Below, piece after piece: positions 1 through 11,453 of a stretch of 64,000 nucleotides of DNA; position 1 is the first letter of the stretch; each line of letters starts with the position of its first letter. This DNA is from Heteronotia binoei (Eukaryota): the NCBI RefSeq assembly GCF_032191835.1, contig NC_083237.1:10850001-10914000 (forward strand), written 5' to 3'. Position numbers and translations under genes: made by a program. The notes under the pieces were generated by a model, which saw only the letters and a list, made by a program, of their open reading frames with translations, was not told the DNA's origin and did no database searches.

Positions 1-825
1 TACACCTTCTAGAAACCAGAGCCTGGATTATGGCTTTTAAATTCTGGTTAAAAATTCATGTCAGAACGGATTCAGGAAGTCTATTACGCTACCTGATGAA
101 AGACAGTCATAGCATTACTTGGCTCTCTACATTTACCCAGAAACTACAAAAACTTGGTATTGAAGTGGACACTCTTTTCTGATGTGATGAATTATATATC
201 TTAAAAAACAATCCAACATCTATGGATCACGAATACCAAAAAGTGTTCCCCTCATATTCCCCTGTTTGCTCTGCAGACAATCTAGGCATACCCCATTGAT
301 ATGGGGAGATACCCCATCATTTTTTTTTTTACTTTAGACTCCCCATTCCATCATCGGACTTTTACTTTGGTGTGTTTAAATGCCTTCCCATCAACAGTTC
401 TCTGTGGTAGGTTTAGACAGGTACCTCTCCAAAATAGATTATGTCCATGTGAATTAGGCGTCCCTGATTCTACATCCCATATTATTTTAGAATGTCTTCT
501 CCTGGCCTCACAACATTGACAATTTTTAGCTGAATATCTCCAACACAACGTATTTACTAAAAGGAAAATTCTAACCTACCTTTTAGATGTTGTTAATCCC
601 CACATTACTACATGTGAACTTCTTAGTAGAAGCCTATAAAATTAAATCTAGGCATACTACTGTATTTTAATTATTGGGTGTCTACTCTTGATTAGTATTA
701 TTGGCTGCTATTTTAATTGATTGTTTATGTATTGTTCTTACTATATTTCAGGCTTTTTTACCTGCTTTTGATTTTGAATCATTATTGCTCTTATGCCAAT
801 AAAGGTCTGAACTGAACTGAACTAG
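1..825 (+). mobile_element. 3' end of a degenerate non-LTR retrotransposon (ORF2 C-terminal Cys/His knuckle plus 3' UTR; possibly RTE-X-like)
   Basis: ORF 301..519 has RLCPC...HIILEC, typical of LINE ORF2 C-termini. It is followed by a T-rich UTR, AATAAA near 798 and a (CTGAA)n tail. Family assignment is inference. Confidence 0.5.
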
Positions 826-959
826 AGGAGATTTGACTGCTCTGAGACTCTGAGATTCAGAGTATACGGTGGGATATAAATCTAATATCATCTAATATCA
901 TCATCACTGAAATTCAATTGAGACACTGACACTTTGCACTGTATGGGTTTCTGGGCACC

Positions 960-1816
960 ATTGTAAGAGGGACTGTGTATCATGTGTCTGTGCAATGTTT
1001 AGCCATCACTGGTGGTCCCCACTAGTGGACCTCTTGATGGCACTTGGTTTTTTTGGTCACTGTGTGACACAGAGTGTTGGACTGGATGGGCCATTGGCCT
1101 GATCCAACAGGGCTTCTCTTTTGTTCTTATGTGACACAGAGTGTTGGATTGGATGGGCCATTGGCTTGATCCAACATGGCTTCTCTTATGTTCTTATGTG
1201 ACACAGAGGGTTGGACTGGATGGGCCATTGGCCTGATCCAACATGAACATAAGAACATAAGAGAAGCCATGTTGGATCAGGCCAACGGCCCATCAAGTCC
1301 AACACTCTGTGTCACACAGTGGCAAAAATTTTTATATACACACATACACTGTGGCTAATAGTCACTGATGGACCTGTGCTCCATATTTTTGTCTAAACCC
1401 TCCTTGAAGGTGGCTATACTTGTGGCCGCCACCACCTCCTGTGGCAGTGAATTCCACATGTTAATCACCCTTTGGGTGAAGAAGTACTTCCTTTTATCCG
1501 TTTTAACCTGTCTGCTCAGCAATTTCATGGCTTCTCTTATGTTCTTATGTGACACAGAGGGTTGGACTGGATGGGCCATTGGCTTGATCCAACATGGCTT
1601 CTCTTATGTTCTTATGTGACACAGAGTGTTGGACTGGATGGGCCATTGGCCTGATCCAACAGGGCTTCTCTTTTGTTCTTATGTGACACAGAGTGTTGGA
1701 CTGGATGGGCCATTGGCCTGTTCCAACATGACTTTTCTTATGTTCTTATGTTACACAGAGTGTTAGACTGGATGGGCCATTGGCCTGATCCAACATAGCT
1801 TCTCTTATGTTCTTAT
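960..1816 (+). repeat. CR1 3' UTR remnant followed by a tandem array of seven 67-bp CR1 3'-terminal units
   Basis: Unit gtgacacagagtgttggactggatgggccattggcctgatccaacatggcttctcttatgttcttat starts at 1064, 1131, 1198 (split), 1549, 1616, 1683 and 1750. It matches the CR1 end at about 61850-61916. Confidence 0.9.
1246..1526 (-). mobile_element. 5'-truncated young CR1 LINE inserted antisense into the tail array
   Basis: Encodes [33 protein letters not shown]...GY plus 3' UTR, nearly identical to 61640-61916. Confidence 0.9.
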
Positions 1817-2632
1817 CTAGTGTTTTGTTGGTCTTAAAGGTGCCACTAGACACAACATTTGTTCTATTGTGTCAAAATATTGTTGTCACTTCTGAATTAC
1901 CACCACTGGCTGACTTTAACCACTTGTCCATGTTTTATTTTTTGAGATTTTGTTTTTCTACACTGGCGTATCTTTTTTCAATACAACTGATTTTCAATAA
2001 ATGTATCACTTCATAGCACTGTAATCACAAATGCATTTTGCTCCTTTGGACCTGCTGGGAAAGTTGTTCCCTGTTGCTGTGATTTCAAACAATGACTCAT
2101 CTTTAGAGCTGTGTTTAATTAGTTCCCCCCCCACACCTTTCACAGCAATCTCATTATAGACTTTTCCTAAGAAACCAAAAAAGTTTATTGTCACAACTTC
2201 AAAACTTTTCAGCACTGATTAACTCCCAAGCCTATCAATTAAGTATGCAAGTCACTTCCCTTTTTGAACTGAATGCCCCAAAAGGGCCAAAGGTCTTCTT
2301 GGGTTAATTAAAAGTGTTCTGTAGCTTATGTAAGCCTCAAGGGATGCAAGCAGAGGAGGAAATGTACTAACTTCTTTTGCTGTAAGATTTTGTAAGTTTT
2401 AACTCTTGCTTTCCATTTTCCATTTCATCTTGAGATCAGGAGGGGTGATGCACAATCAAGTTCAAAGGTCAAATTTTGGATGAATCACGATTAAATTCCT
2501 TTACAATAGCCAGTCTATTTTATTTGTTCAAGTTACCTGTCTTTTGTAATAACAAAAGCCATATTGTTATCACATCTTAAACAATCACTATGTTTGGACT
2601 AAAAAAAAAAATCTGAAAAAAAATATCTAGTA

Positions 2633-2770
2633 AGGGGTGGCCAACAGTAGCTCTCCAGATGTTTTTTTGCCTACAACTCCCATCAGCCACAGCCAGCATT
2701 GCTGATGGCTGGGGCTGATGGGAGTTGTAGGCAAAAAAAACATCTGGAGAGCTACTGTTGGCCACCCCTG
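2633..2770. mobile_element. Palindromic hAT-type MITE
   Basis: Near-perfect palindrome (C)AGGGGTGGCCAA...TTGGCCACCCCTG with 8-bp TSD ATCTAGTA (2625-2632 / 2771-2778). Confidence 0.85.
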
Positions 2771-3152
2771 ATCTAGTACATCAACCCAAAGCAACTGTCA
2801 AAAGTCTCACAAACAACAGAAAAAAGTGGTGCATTTTCATCTGAACTATCCATCCATTTGTATTATGGCCCACAAGCTGTACAGAAGCAGAACAATTATT
2901 TTAACTCGTGGACTCCCTAAAATTATGTATTTACCTATCATTCAGCTTAGTGCATCAGACAAGGAAAACGGTTAGAGGTCATCAGAATAACACTTGGATT
3001 GTCAGCAATCAGTCATGATGGCGAAACATTGCATCCATGTTCAGTGGCAGTGTACTTCTGAACACCGGCTCCTGAGGAGACAACTGCAGGAATAACTATT
3101 GCCTCCATGTCCTCATTAGGGCTTCCTGACAGTGGGAAACCAGATGCTTCAC

Positions 3153-3500
3153 ATGAACATATGAAGCTGCCTTATACTGAATCAGACCCTGGGTCCATCA
3201 AAGTCAGTATTGTCTACTCAGACTGGCAGTGGCTCTCCAGGGTCTCAAGCTGAGGTTTTTTATGCCTACTTGCCTGGACCCTTTTTGGAGATGCCAGGGA
3301 TTGAACCTGGGACCTTCTGCTCACCAAGCAGATGCTCTACCACTGAGCCACTGTCCCTCACCTGACTGGCAGCGGCTCTCCACGGTCTTAAGCTGAGGTT
3401 TTTCACACCTACTTGCCTGGACCCTTTTTAGTTGGAGATGCCAGGGATTGAACCTGGGACCTTCTGCTTACCAAGCAGATGCTCTACCACTGAGCCACCA
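3153..3500 (-). mobile_element. tRNA-derived SINE with CR1-like tail (Squam3-like), head region tandemly duplicated
   Basis: Minus-strand head gtggctcagtggtagagcatctgc...ggttcaatccc (A/B boxes) occurs twice, ending near 3352 and 3498. Tail is aaggcagcttcatatgttcatgt. Confidence 0.75.
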
Positions 3501-3532
3501 TCCCTCTCCTATCTTTTCATCTGGCAAGGCTC

Positions 3533-3786
3533 TGTGCGGACTCTTATTTGAGAGATCCGGGTTTGATTTCCCACTCCTCCACTTACAGCCGCTGGAATGG
3601 CCTTGGGTTAGCCATAGCTATCACAGGAGTTGTCCTTGAAAAGGCAGCTACTATGAGAGCCCTCTCAGCCCCACCCACCTCACAGGGTGTCTGTTGTGGG
3701 GGGAGAAGATATAGGAGATTGTAAACTGCTCTGAGACTTTGATTCCAAGAGAAAGGCGGGGTATAAATCTGCAGTCTTCTTCTTCT
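3533..3786 (+). mobile_element. tRNA-derived SINE, (TCT)n-tailed family, 5' truncated
   Basis: Matches the complete copy at 15383-15649. Confidence 0.85.
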
Positions 3787-4385
3787 GTTCAACTTCCAAC
3801 GGCATGAGAAGAAAGTTCACATAATGTGGGGCATGGTTTCGTTTCCATTTTCAAGAGAGTTTCATCAGTGGCTACTATCCATGACACATGGAATTTCAAC
3901 ATTCAGAGACAGGAAGCTTTTAAATGCCAGTCCTAGGAAGTCTTGGACCCTATTTATTTATTTATTTTTGCCTTCTATGCGCCACTCTTTTCCCCAATGG
4001 GAAACCAAAGCAGCTTACAGTTTTCTCTTCTCTTCCATTTTATCTTCACAACAACCCTGTGGGGTAGGTTCGGCAGTGAGTGTGCGATTTGCCCCAGGTC
4101 ATCCAGCAAGTTTCCGTGGCACAGTGGGCATTTGAACCTGGGTCTCCCATTTCCAAGTCCAATACTTTAGCCACACTGTATCTTAACATCTGAGCCCAGT
4201 TTATTGGCTCTTCAGAACAATTGGATGGTTACTGTGTGAAACAGGATGCTGGACTAGATGGACCACTGGGTCTGATCTCAAAGGGGATATGATTACAAGG
4301 AAAAAGAAAAGTGGTTAACCACCACCCGACCACCAGACAGGTGCCCAATAACTCAGCCCACACTGAGCAAGAAGGGTCACACAGC

Positions 4386-4580
4386 CATCGTTCCCTCTAA
4401 GTTGACTTAGTATGAGCTAGCTCCCAGATTTTTAGCCTCCAGCTCACACATTTTTTGACTTAGCTCAAGAAAAATGGCCTCAGAGCAAACTAATTGATGC
4501 AGCAGCTCACAACTTGAATGCCAGTAGCTCACCAAGTAGAATTTTTGCTCGCAAGACTCTGCAGCTTAGAGGGAATATTG
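4386..4580. mobile_element. hAT-type MITE (gttccctctaag TIR family)
   Basis: Ends gttccctctaag ... cttagagggaatattg; homologous to 6187-6403. TSD not clear. Confidence 0.7.
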
Positions 4581-5344
4581 GTCCCAGCTACCTTGTTTTG
4601 AAGATGGGAAGGGTAAATAGGAACCCTTGACAATAGTGGCAGAAGTGGATGTTACTTGGGGGTGGGGGGTGGGGGCTAGAAGGGATTTTGTAGAGAGCAC
4701 CACAACTGTTAGGGACCATCAAGGGCTGGGAAACACTCATCTGTGGAAACACTGTCTTTGCTCACAAGACTCTGCAGCTTAGAGGGAACATTGCCTGTGG
4801 CCTTGAGTCCATAGAATCAAAGGCCCCAGAGGACCTTAGCAATCATAAACACATAGGGCCAGTCTATAAAACAGAAACCTCTTTGTCTCTGCTCCACGCC
4901 TACAGGATCATTAGAGATGATAGGTCCATAGACATGTAGACCTGCTGCAGCAAAGTGAAGCGACATCAGTCCTCTCTAGGGATCACAGGGGGGGACCCAG
5001 AAGTGATGCCAGTCCTCTCTAGGGATTGCCAGCTTTCCCATAGAGTCACCAGCAACTCCTAGAGGAGCAATTCCTAGAGGGGCTGCCCTGAGCCTGCTTC
5101 AGCAAGGAGGGCAGAATATGAATCCAAATAAATAAATAATATCAGTTCTATTGACTTTGCCAATATCACTGTGTTGACAATGCCAATACCCCAGTTCCTC
5201 TGGCCTGCCACTGGTAGCCAAGCCATGTCTATCTGCAGCTTTCTCTGCTTCAGACTTCACATGTTCAAATGCAAAACCTGCATGGAATTTGTGAATGTAT
5301 CCCCTAACATACATCCAGGACATTCCGTTTTCCAGGCTCTTCGG

Positions 5345-5852
5345 TAGGGTTGCCAAGTCCAATTTAAGAAATATCTGGGGACTTTGGGGGTGGAGCCAGG
5401 AGACATTAGGGGTGTAGCCAGGATCAAGGCTGTGACAAGCATCATTGAACTCTAAAGGGAGCTCTAGACATCACATTTAAAGGGACCGCACACCTTTTCA
5501 ATGCCTTCCTTCCATAGGAAATCATGAAGGATAGAGGCACCTTCTTTTGGGGCTCATAGAATTGGACCCCCTGGTCCAATGGTTTTGAAACTTGGGAAAT
5601 ATTTTGGGGAGAGGCACTAGATGCTGTGCTGAAAATTTGGTGCATCTACCTTAAAAAACAGGCCCCCCAGAGCTCCAGATACCAGCAGATCAATTCTCCA
5701 TTATTTTCTATGGCAATAAGTCTCCCTAGGGAATAACAGAGTTCCCATCAGACATTTCCCTCCCCTCCCCCCTCTTTCTGATGACCCTGAAGCTGGGGGA
5801 GGGCCTCCAAACCGGGGGATCCTCTGCCCCCACCTGGGGATCGGCAACCCTA
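5345..5852. mobile_element. hAT-type MITE (TAGGGTTGCC TIR family)
   Basis: TIRs tagggttgcc / ggcaacccta with 8-bp TSD CTCTTCGG (5337-5344 / 5853-5860). Confidence 0.9.
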
Positions 5853-5868
5853 CTCTTCGGTCAGAACA

Positions 5869-6059
5869 AGTGTTCCCTCTAAGCTGAGTTAGTGTGAGTT
5901 AGCTCACAGGTTTCTAGCCTCCAGCTCACACATTTTTGTCGTAGATCAGGAAAAAGCCCCAGAGCAAACTAATTTATGCAGTCTGTCACAACTTTAATGC
6001 CAGTAACTCATGAAGTAAATTTTTTGCTCACAAGACTCCACAGTTTAGAAGGAGTGTTG
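5869..6059. mobile_element. hAT-type MITE (gttccctctaag family), decayed
   Basis: Homologous to 6187-6403; imperfect TSD gtcagaac / gccagaac. Confidence 0.7.
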
Positions 6060-6186
6060 GCCAGAACTCAAATGTGTTTGAGTCCGTTCCACGCAAAACA
6101 GCTTAGTTGAATGGGTGTAGGGAAAAGGGGTGCAGATAGTAAACAAGACCCCGATCACCCCTTCTCATGTTTATCTGTATTGGAAT

Positions 6187-6403
6187 CAATGTTCCCTCTA
6201 AGCTGCAAAGTCTCGTGAGCAAAAATTCTACTTTGTGAGCTGCTAGCATTAAAGTTGTGAGCTACTGGCATTTAAAGTTGCAAGCTAATGCATAAATTAT
6301 TGTGCTCTGGGGTCATCCTTCCTGAGCTAAGACAAAAATGTGTGAACTGGAGGCTAAAAATCTGTGTGCTAGCTCACGCTAACTCAGCTTAGAGGGAACA
6401 CTG
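6187..6403. mobile_element. hAT-type MITE (gttccctctaag family)
   Basis: TIRs caatgttccctctaagctg / cagcttagagggaacactg with 8-bp TSD ATTGGAAT (6179-6186 / 6404-6411). Confidence 0.9.
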
Positions 6404-6498
6404 ATTGGAATGAGTTGGGGAAATGAGAGCAAGAAAAAGACTTCAGGTTTGTAGGATGGGTAGTGATGGGATTATATAATTATGTATTTCACTCAATG

Positions 6499-6882
6499 AA
6501 ATTGCTGAGCAGTCTAGTTAGAATTTATAAAAAGGAAGTACTTCTTCATCCAAAGGGTGATTAACACATGGTCTTCACTGCCACAGGAGGTGGTGGCAGC
6601 TACAGTCATAGCCAGCTTCAAGAGGGGATTGGCTAAACATATGGAGCCCAGGTACATCAGTGGCTATTAGCCACAGTGTATTGTTGGAACTCTCTGTCTG
6701 GGGCAGTGATGCTCTGTATTCTTGGTGCTTGGGAGGGGCAACAGTGTGAGAACTTCTAGTGTCCTGGCCCCACTGATGGACTTCCTGATGGAACCTGGGT
6801 TTTTTTGGACCACTGTGTGACACTGAGTGTTGGACTGGATGGGCCATTGACCTGATCCAACATGGCTTCTCTTATGTTCTTA
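6499..6882 (+). mobile_element. CR1 3' fragment (long 3' UTR subfamily)
   Basis: atgaaattgctgagc...ggaagtacttcttc through the tail cttatgttctta. Confidence 0.9.
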
Positions 6883-7589
6883 TTTGTTCCTCAAACTTTG
6901 GCTTCAAACTGTCATCAGATTTAAAAGTGCACTGAATAAAAAAAATCCCCCTGGTTTGGATGTAACTCATTTGTAGAATAAAGGAATGTTCTGTTCCCCA
7001 ACGGAAGTTGTAAGAACTGGATTATTGGGTCTGACCTAACCCATGGACATGAAACAACAGGTGGCTCTTTCAGAAACAGTGGGGAAAGCACCACATCTTT
7101 AAATGAGAGGTTTCAGTCTCAATGCAAGAAACACAAAACCGAGAACCAGATTGAATGATGGCAGTTTGAATTGGTTTCAGTAGTGTCAGGTGTGTGAATG
7201 GGGGTAGAAAAGCGAAAAAGAAAAAAGAAGGAATCACAGGAATTTAGCAATGGTTTTAGTTATAACCATTACTTATCTTCACTTTGGAAATGAAGAAGGA
7301 AAACTCAAACTGATGGGTTAAACTGGGGCTTTATTAATGGATGATCCCTTCATGAATGAATCCTTAACACCCCTTTTCAGCGCAGATGACCCTAATCAAG
7401 AGAACCCTTCCTGTCTGTACAGAGCTGATCATCCTGACTGGAATTTCAGCACTGCTGTATTGCTGTCCCCTTTGCCTCATGATATGCTCATGGAAATGTT
7501 GCTTTATTGCTATACAGGTCACCACTGGGCCCCCAATGATTCTTCAAATTCCAAGGGGTATCCTCACCATTCCCACTAGATGAAAAAGT

Positions 7590-7790
7590 TGGCTTGGTTA
7601 TCCTGGTCCTACTTCCTGGGGCCACAGAAAACAATTCTGCACTATCCTCTATATGACAACCCTTCGAGTACTTGAAGATAGTGATCATATCACCTCTCAG
7701 CCTCCTCCTCTTCAGGCTAAACATCCCCAGCTCCTTCAGCCTTTCCTCGTAGAACTTTGTCTCCAGCCCCATCATCCATTTGACCTTACG
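7590..7790 (-). mobile_element. Older CR1 ORF2 fragment
   Basis: [28 protein letters not shown] in ORF 7488..7919. Confidence 0.8.
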
Positions 7791-8618
7791 TGGTTGGCCA
7801 AAACCTAAACTCTTTCTGCTAGTAGCATCAGATGGGGGTCTAACCAGATCTACTTTGGCCAGGCCTATCTGATGTACTCCCTTATCTTCAACTTTGAGAA
7901 ACAGGTAAAGAGAAGCCATGGCCTATGGCAATATGAGTTGACCATGATTCCTTCTTAGTCCCAAAGTCACCAGCTGATCCTCACTTCCAGCTTTGTGAGG
8001 ATGGGACTGAAACAATGGCAAACATCTACTGCAGAGGTACCAAAGTTCATGACAGGTGCTTCTGGATACTGTGGTACATGGGGGACACAGCCTTGCTCTC
8101 ACTCCGTTGAGTCATGTGATGTATTCCTGAAAGAGACAGGGGGAGGGTTCCCAATCCTGGTTGGGACATTCCTGGAGATTTGTGTGGTGGAGCCTGGGAG
8201 AAACAAGTGTTGGGGAGGGTTTTATTTGTTTCTTTATTAGTTCAAATTTTTATCCTGCCCTTTTCTGCCCTGAGGGGGGCTCACAACAATTAAAATACAG
8301 ACGATACTATAAAAACCTTTTACAGTTCTAAAAAATATTATGCATTAAATACAACAAAAATGTATTTAATGGTGTACATACACCAAGATGCATTCCATAA
8401 ACCCAGGAATGCGATCCTATATAGAAGCGACCAGGATTAAACAGGGCCATGAAACATCAGCAGGGTATAAGGTCATACAGTCTACCCTCCAGAGCAGCCA
8501 TTTTCTCCAGGGGGACTTATCCCTATAGTTTGGAGATCACTTGAAATTCCAGGAAATCCCTGGGCCCCACATGGAAGTTGGCAGTGCTAAATAGGGGCCA
8601 AAATGCCCCTTGCATAGC

Positions 8619-9255
8619 TAAGAACATAAGAGAAGACATGTTGGATCAGGCCAACGGCCCATTCCATCCAACACTGTGTCACACAGTGGCCCCAAAAAAC
8701 CCAGGCACCATCAGGAGGTCCATCAGTGGGGCTAGGACACAAGCCCTCCCACTGTGCCCCCCCAAATACCAAGAATACAGAGCATCACTGCCCCAGACAG
8801 AGAGTTCCAATAATACACTGTGGCTAATAGCCACTGATGGACCTCTGCTCCATATGTTTATCCAATCCCCTCTTGAAGCTGACTATGCTTGTAGTGCCAC
8901 CACCTCCTGTGGCAGTGAATTCCCCATGTTAATCAACCATTGCGTGAAGAAGTACTTCCTTTTATCTGTTCTAACCCGACTGCTCAGCAATTTCATTGAG
9001 TTAGGGTTTGTAGAATCTTTCGGGATCAAGTGCCGTGTTCTACTGGAGAAAGTTTTCCTTCCAACTTTCTCCAGTAGAACACGGCACTTGATCCCGAAAG
9101 ATTCTACAAACCCTGATGATGTTACCAGCCGTGAAACCCTGAAATCTTTGAATTTCATTGAGTGTCCACGAGTTCTCATAGTGTGAGGAAGGGAGAAAAG
9201 GACTTCTTTCTCTACTTTCTCTGTCCCGTGCATAATCTTGTAAAACTCAAACATG
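8619..9255 (-). mobile_element. CR1 3' fragment (long 3' UTR subfamily) interrupted by a Penelope-like insert
   Basis: YKIMHG...KRKYFFTQ plus 3' UTR; interrupted at 9002-9150. Confidence 0.9.
9002..9150 (+). mobile_element. Fold-back Penelope-like element (pLTR-derived hairpin)
   Basis: 52-bp perfect inverted arms (9003-9054 / 9063-9114) and 13-bp TSD AATTTCATTGAGT (8989-9001 / 9151-9163). Same family as 17706-18007. The Penelope assignment rests on the hammerhead motif in the sister copy, the inverted architecture and the long TSD. Confidence 0.7.
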
Positions 9256-9638
9256 TCAGCTTAAAAAGTAGTTAGTATCTTGCTCTCAAATATAGGATGA
9301 TGGATAGATTCAGTGTGACTCAAGATGATACGCTTTTTGTTGCCTCAGGCCCAATCTCCCAACCTGTTCCTGGAAGAAAGGCTCTCTCTAGCCACAATCT
9401 GTACTCATTGCGCCCTTAACCACACTGTTAAGCCCTGAGGAACCTACCTATACTTCCACTGTGCCGGCTGGAGAAGACGGCAGCTTGCCCTTACTCCTGG
9501 CCAGGAATGCCTTCTCCCTTGCCCCTGGACATCAGCAAGTGGTTGCTTGGCATTGCCTCCCTCTGCAGAGTCCTCCTTGGTGGCCTCCCCCTCCAGCTAT
9601 TGACTCAGTTTCCAAAATCTGATGAGATTGAGCTATAC

Positions 9639-9712
9639 CAGGGGTGGCCATGGCTGGGGCTGATGGGAGTTGTAGGCAAAAAACATCTGGAGAGCTACCG
9701 CTGGCCACCCCT
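9639..9712. mobile_element. Internally deleted copy of the palindromic hAT MITE
   Basis: caggggtggcc...tggccacccctg; right half matches 2700-2770. Confidence 0.7.
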
Positions 9713-9797
9713 GAGCTATACAATACTATTCCACATCCCCAACTAGGCTACTACAAACTGTGATTTCCCCTTCCTGCTCCTGACCCCTGAGAGCCTG

Positions 9798-10230
9798 AAC
9801 ATAAGAACATAAGAGAAGCCATGTTAGATCAGGCCAACGGCCCATCCAGTCCAACACTCTGTGTCACACAGTGGCAAAAAAAATTATATATACACACACA
9901 CTGTGGCTAATAGCCACTGATGGACCTCTGCTCCATATTTTTATCTAAACCCCTCTTGAAGGTGGCTGTGCTTGTGGCCGCCACCACCTCCTGTGGCAGT
10001 GAATTCCACATGTTAATCACCCTTTGGGTGAAGAAGTACTTCCTTTTATACGTTTTAACCTTTCTGCTCAGCAATTTCATCAAATGCCCACGAGTTCTTG
10101 TATTGTGAGAAAGGGAGAAAAGTGCTTCTTTCTCTACTTTCTCCATACCATGCATTATCTTGTAAACCTCTATCATGTCACCCCGCAGTCGACGTTTCTC
10201 CAAGCTAAAGAGTCCCAAGCGTTTCAACCT
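9798..10230 (-). mobile_element. CR1 3' fragment (young subfamily)
   Basis: ORF 9907..10227 [24 protein letters not shown]...ISGY plus 3' UTR and tail. Confidence 0.92.
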
Positions 10231-10799
10231 TCCTTCATAGACTATTCAACACACCCTCCTCTTTGCTTCTAAAGTGCCACTGAAGGCGATTCCATTGTCT
10301 CCATCTTACCTCCACACAAACCACTTGGGGGGGTTCTATGGTATGATGCCCAGGAGCAAAACCCCTACAACTCCCCAGTGCGGTTTGACTGTCCATTTTC
10401 ACACCTGCTCCCTTGACTGTATTTGAAGCCAAATGAATTTGGTTTCAAACGGTCAATGTTGGTTCATTTTTTTTTTTTTTGCAGCTGAGGAAAATGTTAT
10501 CAATTAGCCAAAATGGATGGAGTGAGATCATTTCTGACACTGTCGCTGTCACCTAGCCAGAGATTTATTATTATTGATGACGCCCTTATTTCCACATTTA
10601 AAAGAAAATATCCCGGTTCTTCAAATCTCAAGGGGGAAAAGTCACCTTTGAAGTTTTGCAGTATTAAGAGTTTATTGATCACTTAAATATCCAGCAGTAC
10701 AAGAATTCCAGTCTCTACAAAACTTCCCAGGACAAGACCCCTGAACTAGAGAGAACTAAAACGAAATACTAGAGCACAGAGCAAAGAAAACCCTTCTCA

Positions 10800-11087
10800 G
10801 TAAAGCTAGTCCCCTGTGCGAGCACCAGTCGTTTCTGACTCTGATGTGATGTTGCTTCATGACATTTTCACAGCAGACTTTTTATGGAGTGGTTTGCCGT
10901 TGCCTTCTCCAGTTGTCTATGCTCTCCCCTCCCCCCAGCAAGCTGGGTACTCATTTCACCGACTTCGGAAGGATGGAAGGCTGAGTCAACCTGGAGCCAG
11001 CTACCCGAACCCAGTTTCCGCCGGGATCAAACTCAAGGCATGAGCACAGTTTGGACTGCAATGCAGCAGCTTACCACACTGTGCCGC
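10800..11087 (-). mobile_element. Sauria SINE-like element
   Basis: Contains aagctgggtactcatttcaccgacttcggaaggatggaaggctgagtcaacc, recognised as the Sauria SINE core; sister copy at 24104-24385. Confidence 0.8.
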
Positions 11088-11453
11088 GGGGCTGTGTTCA
11101 CTTCTCCAAAATTATACAACGGACAGCTTCAAGAAGCTGTGTATTTCAGCTTGGGAAAACGCTGGATGCTTTATAGGTTCGGGTTCTTGTCAACGCACGC
11201 ACACAAGTTCTGTCCGATCACAACCAACTAATGGAGACCCCAGCAAAGGGCCTTTCCAATCGAGAGATTGAGCAGGAGTGGCTTTCCCGTTGCCCTTCTC
11301 TACAGAGTCTTCCTTAGCAGTCTGTCATCCAAGTGCTGGCACTGCTTAGCTTTCAAGATCTGGTGAAAATGGACCATATCACTTGACATCTCAGTCACTT
11401 CACTAGATCGACACAATGGGCCTTTTCAGTGCCCTCTGACGCAGGCTGTTCCC

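Noticed and set aside
9112-9137. CTGATGA...GAAAC as a second hammerhead
   Set aside because: The intervening sequence cannot form helix II and no GUC/helix I arrangement follows.
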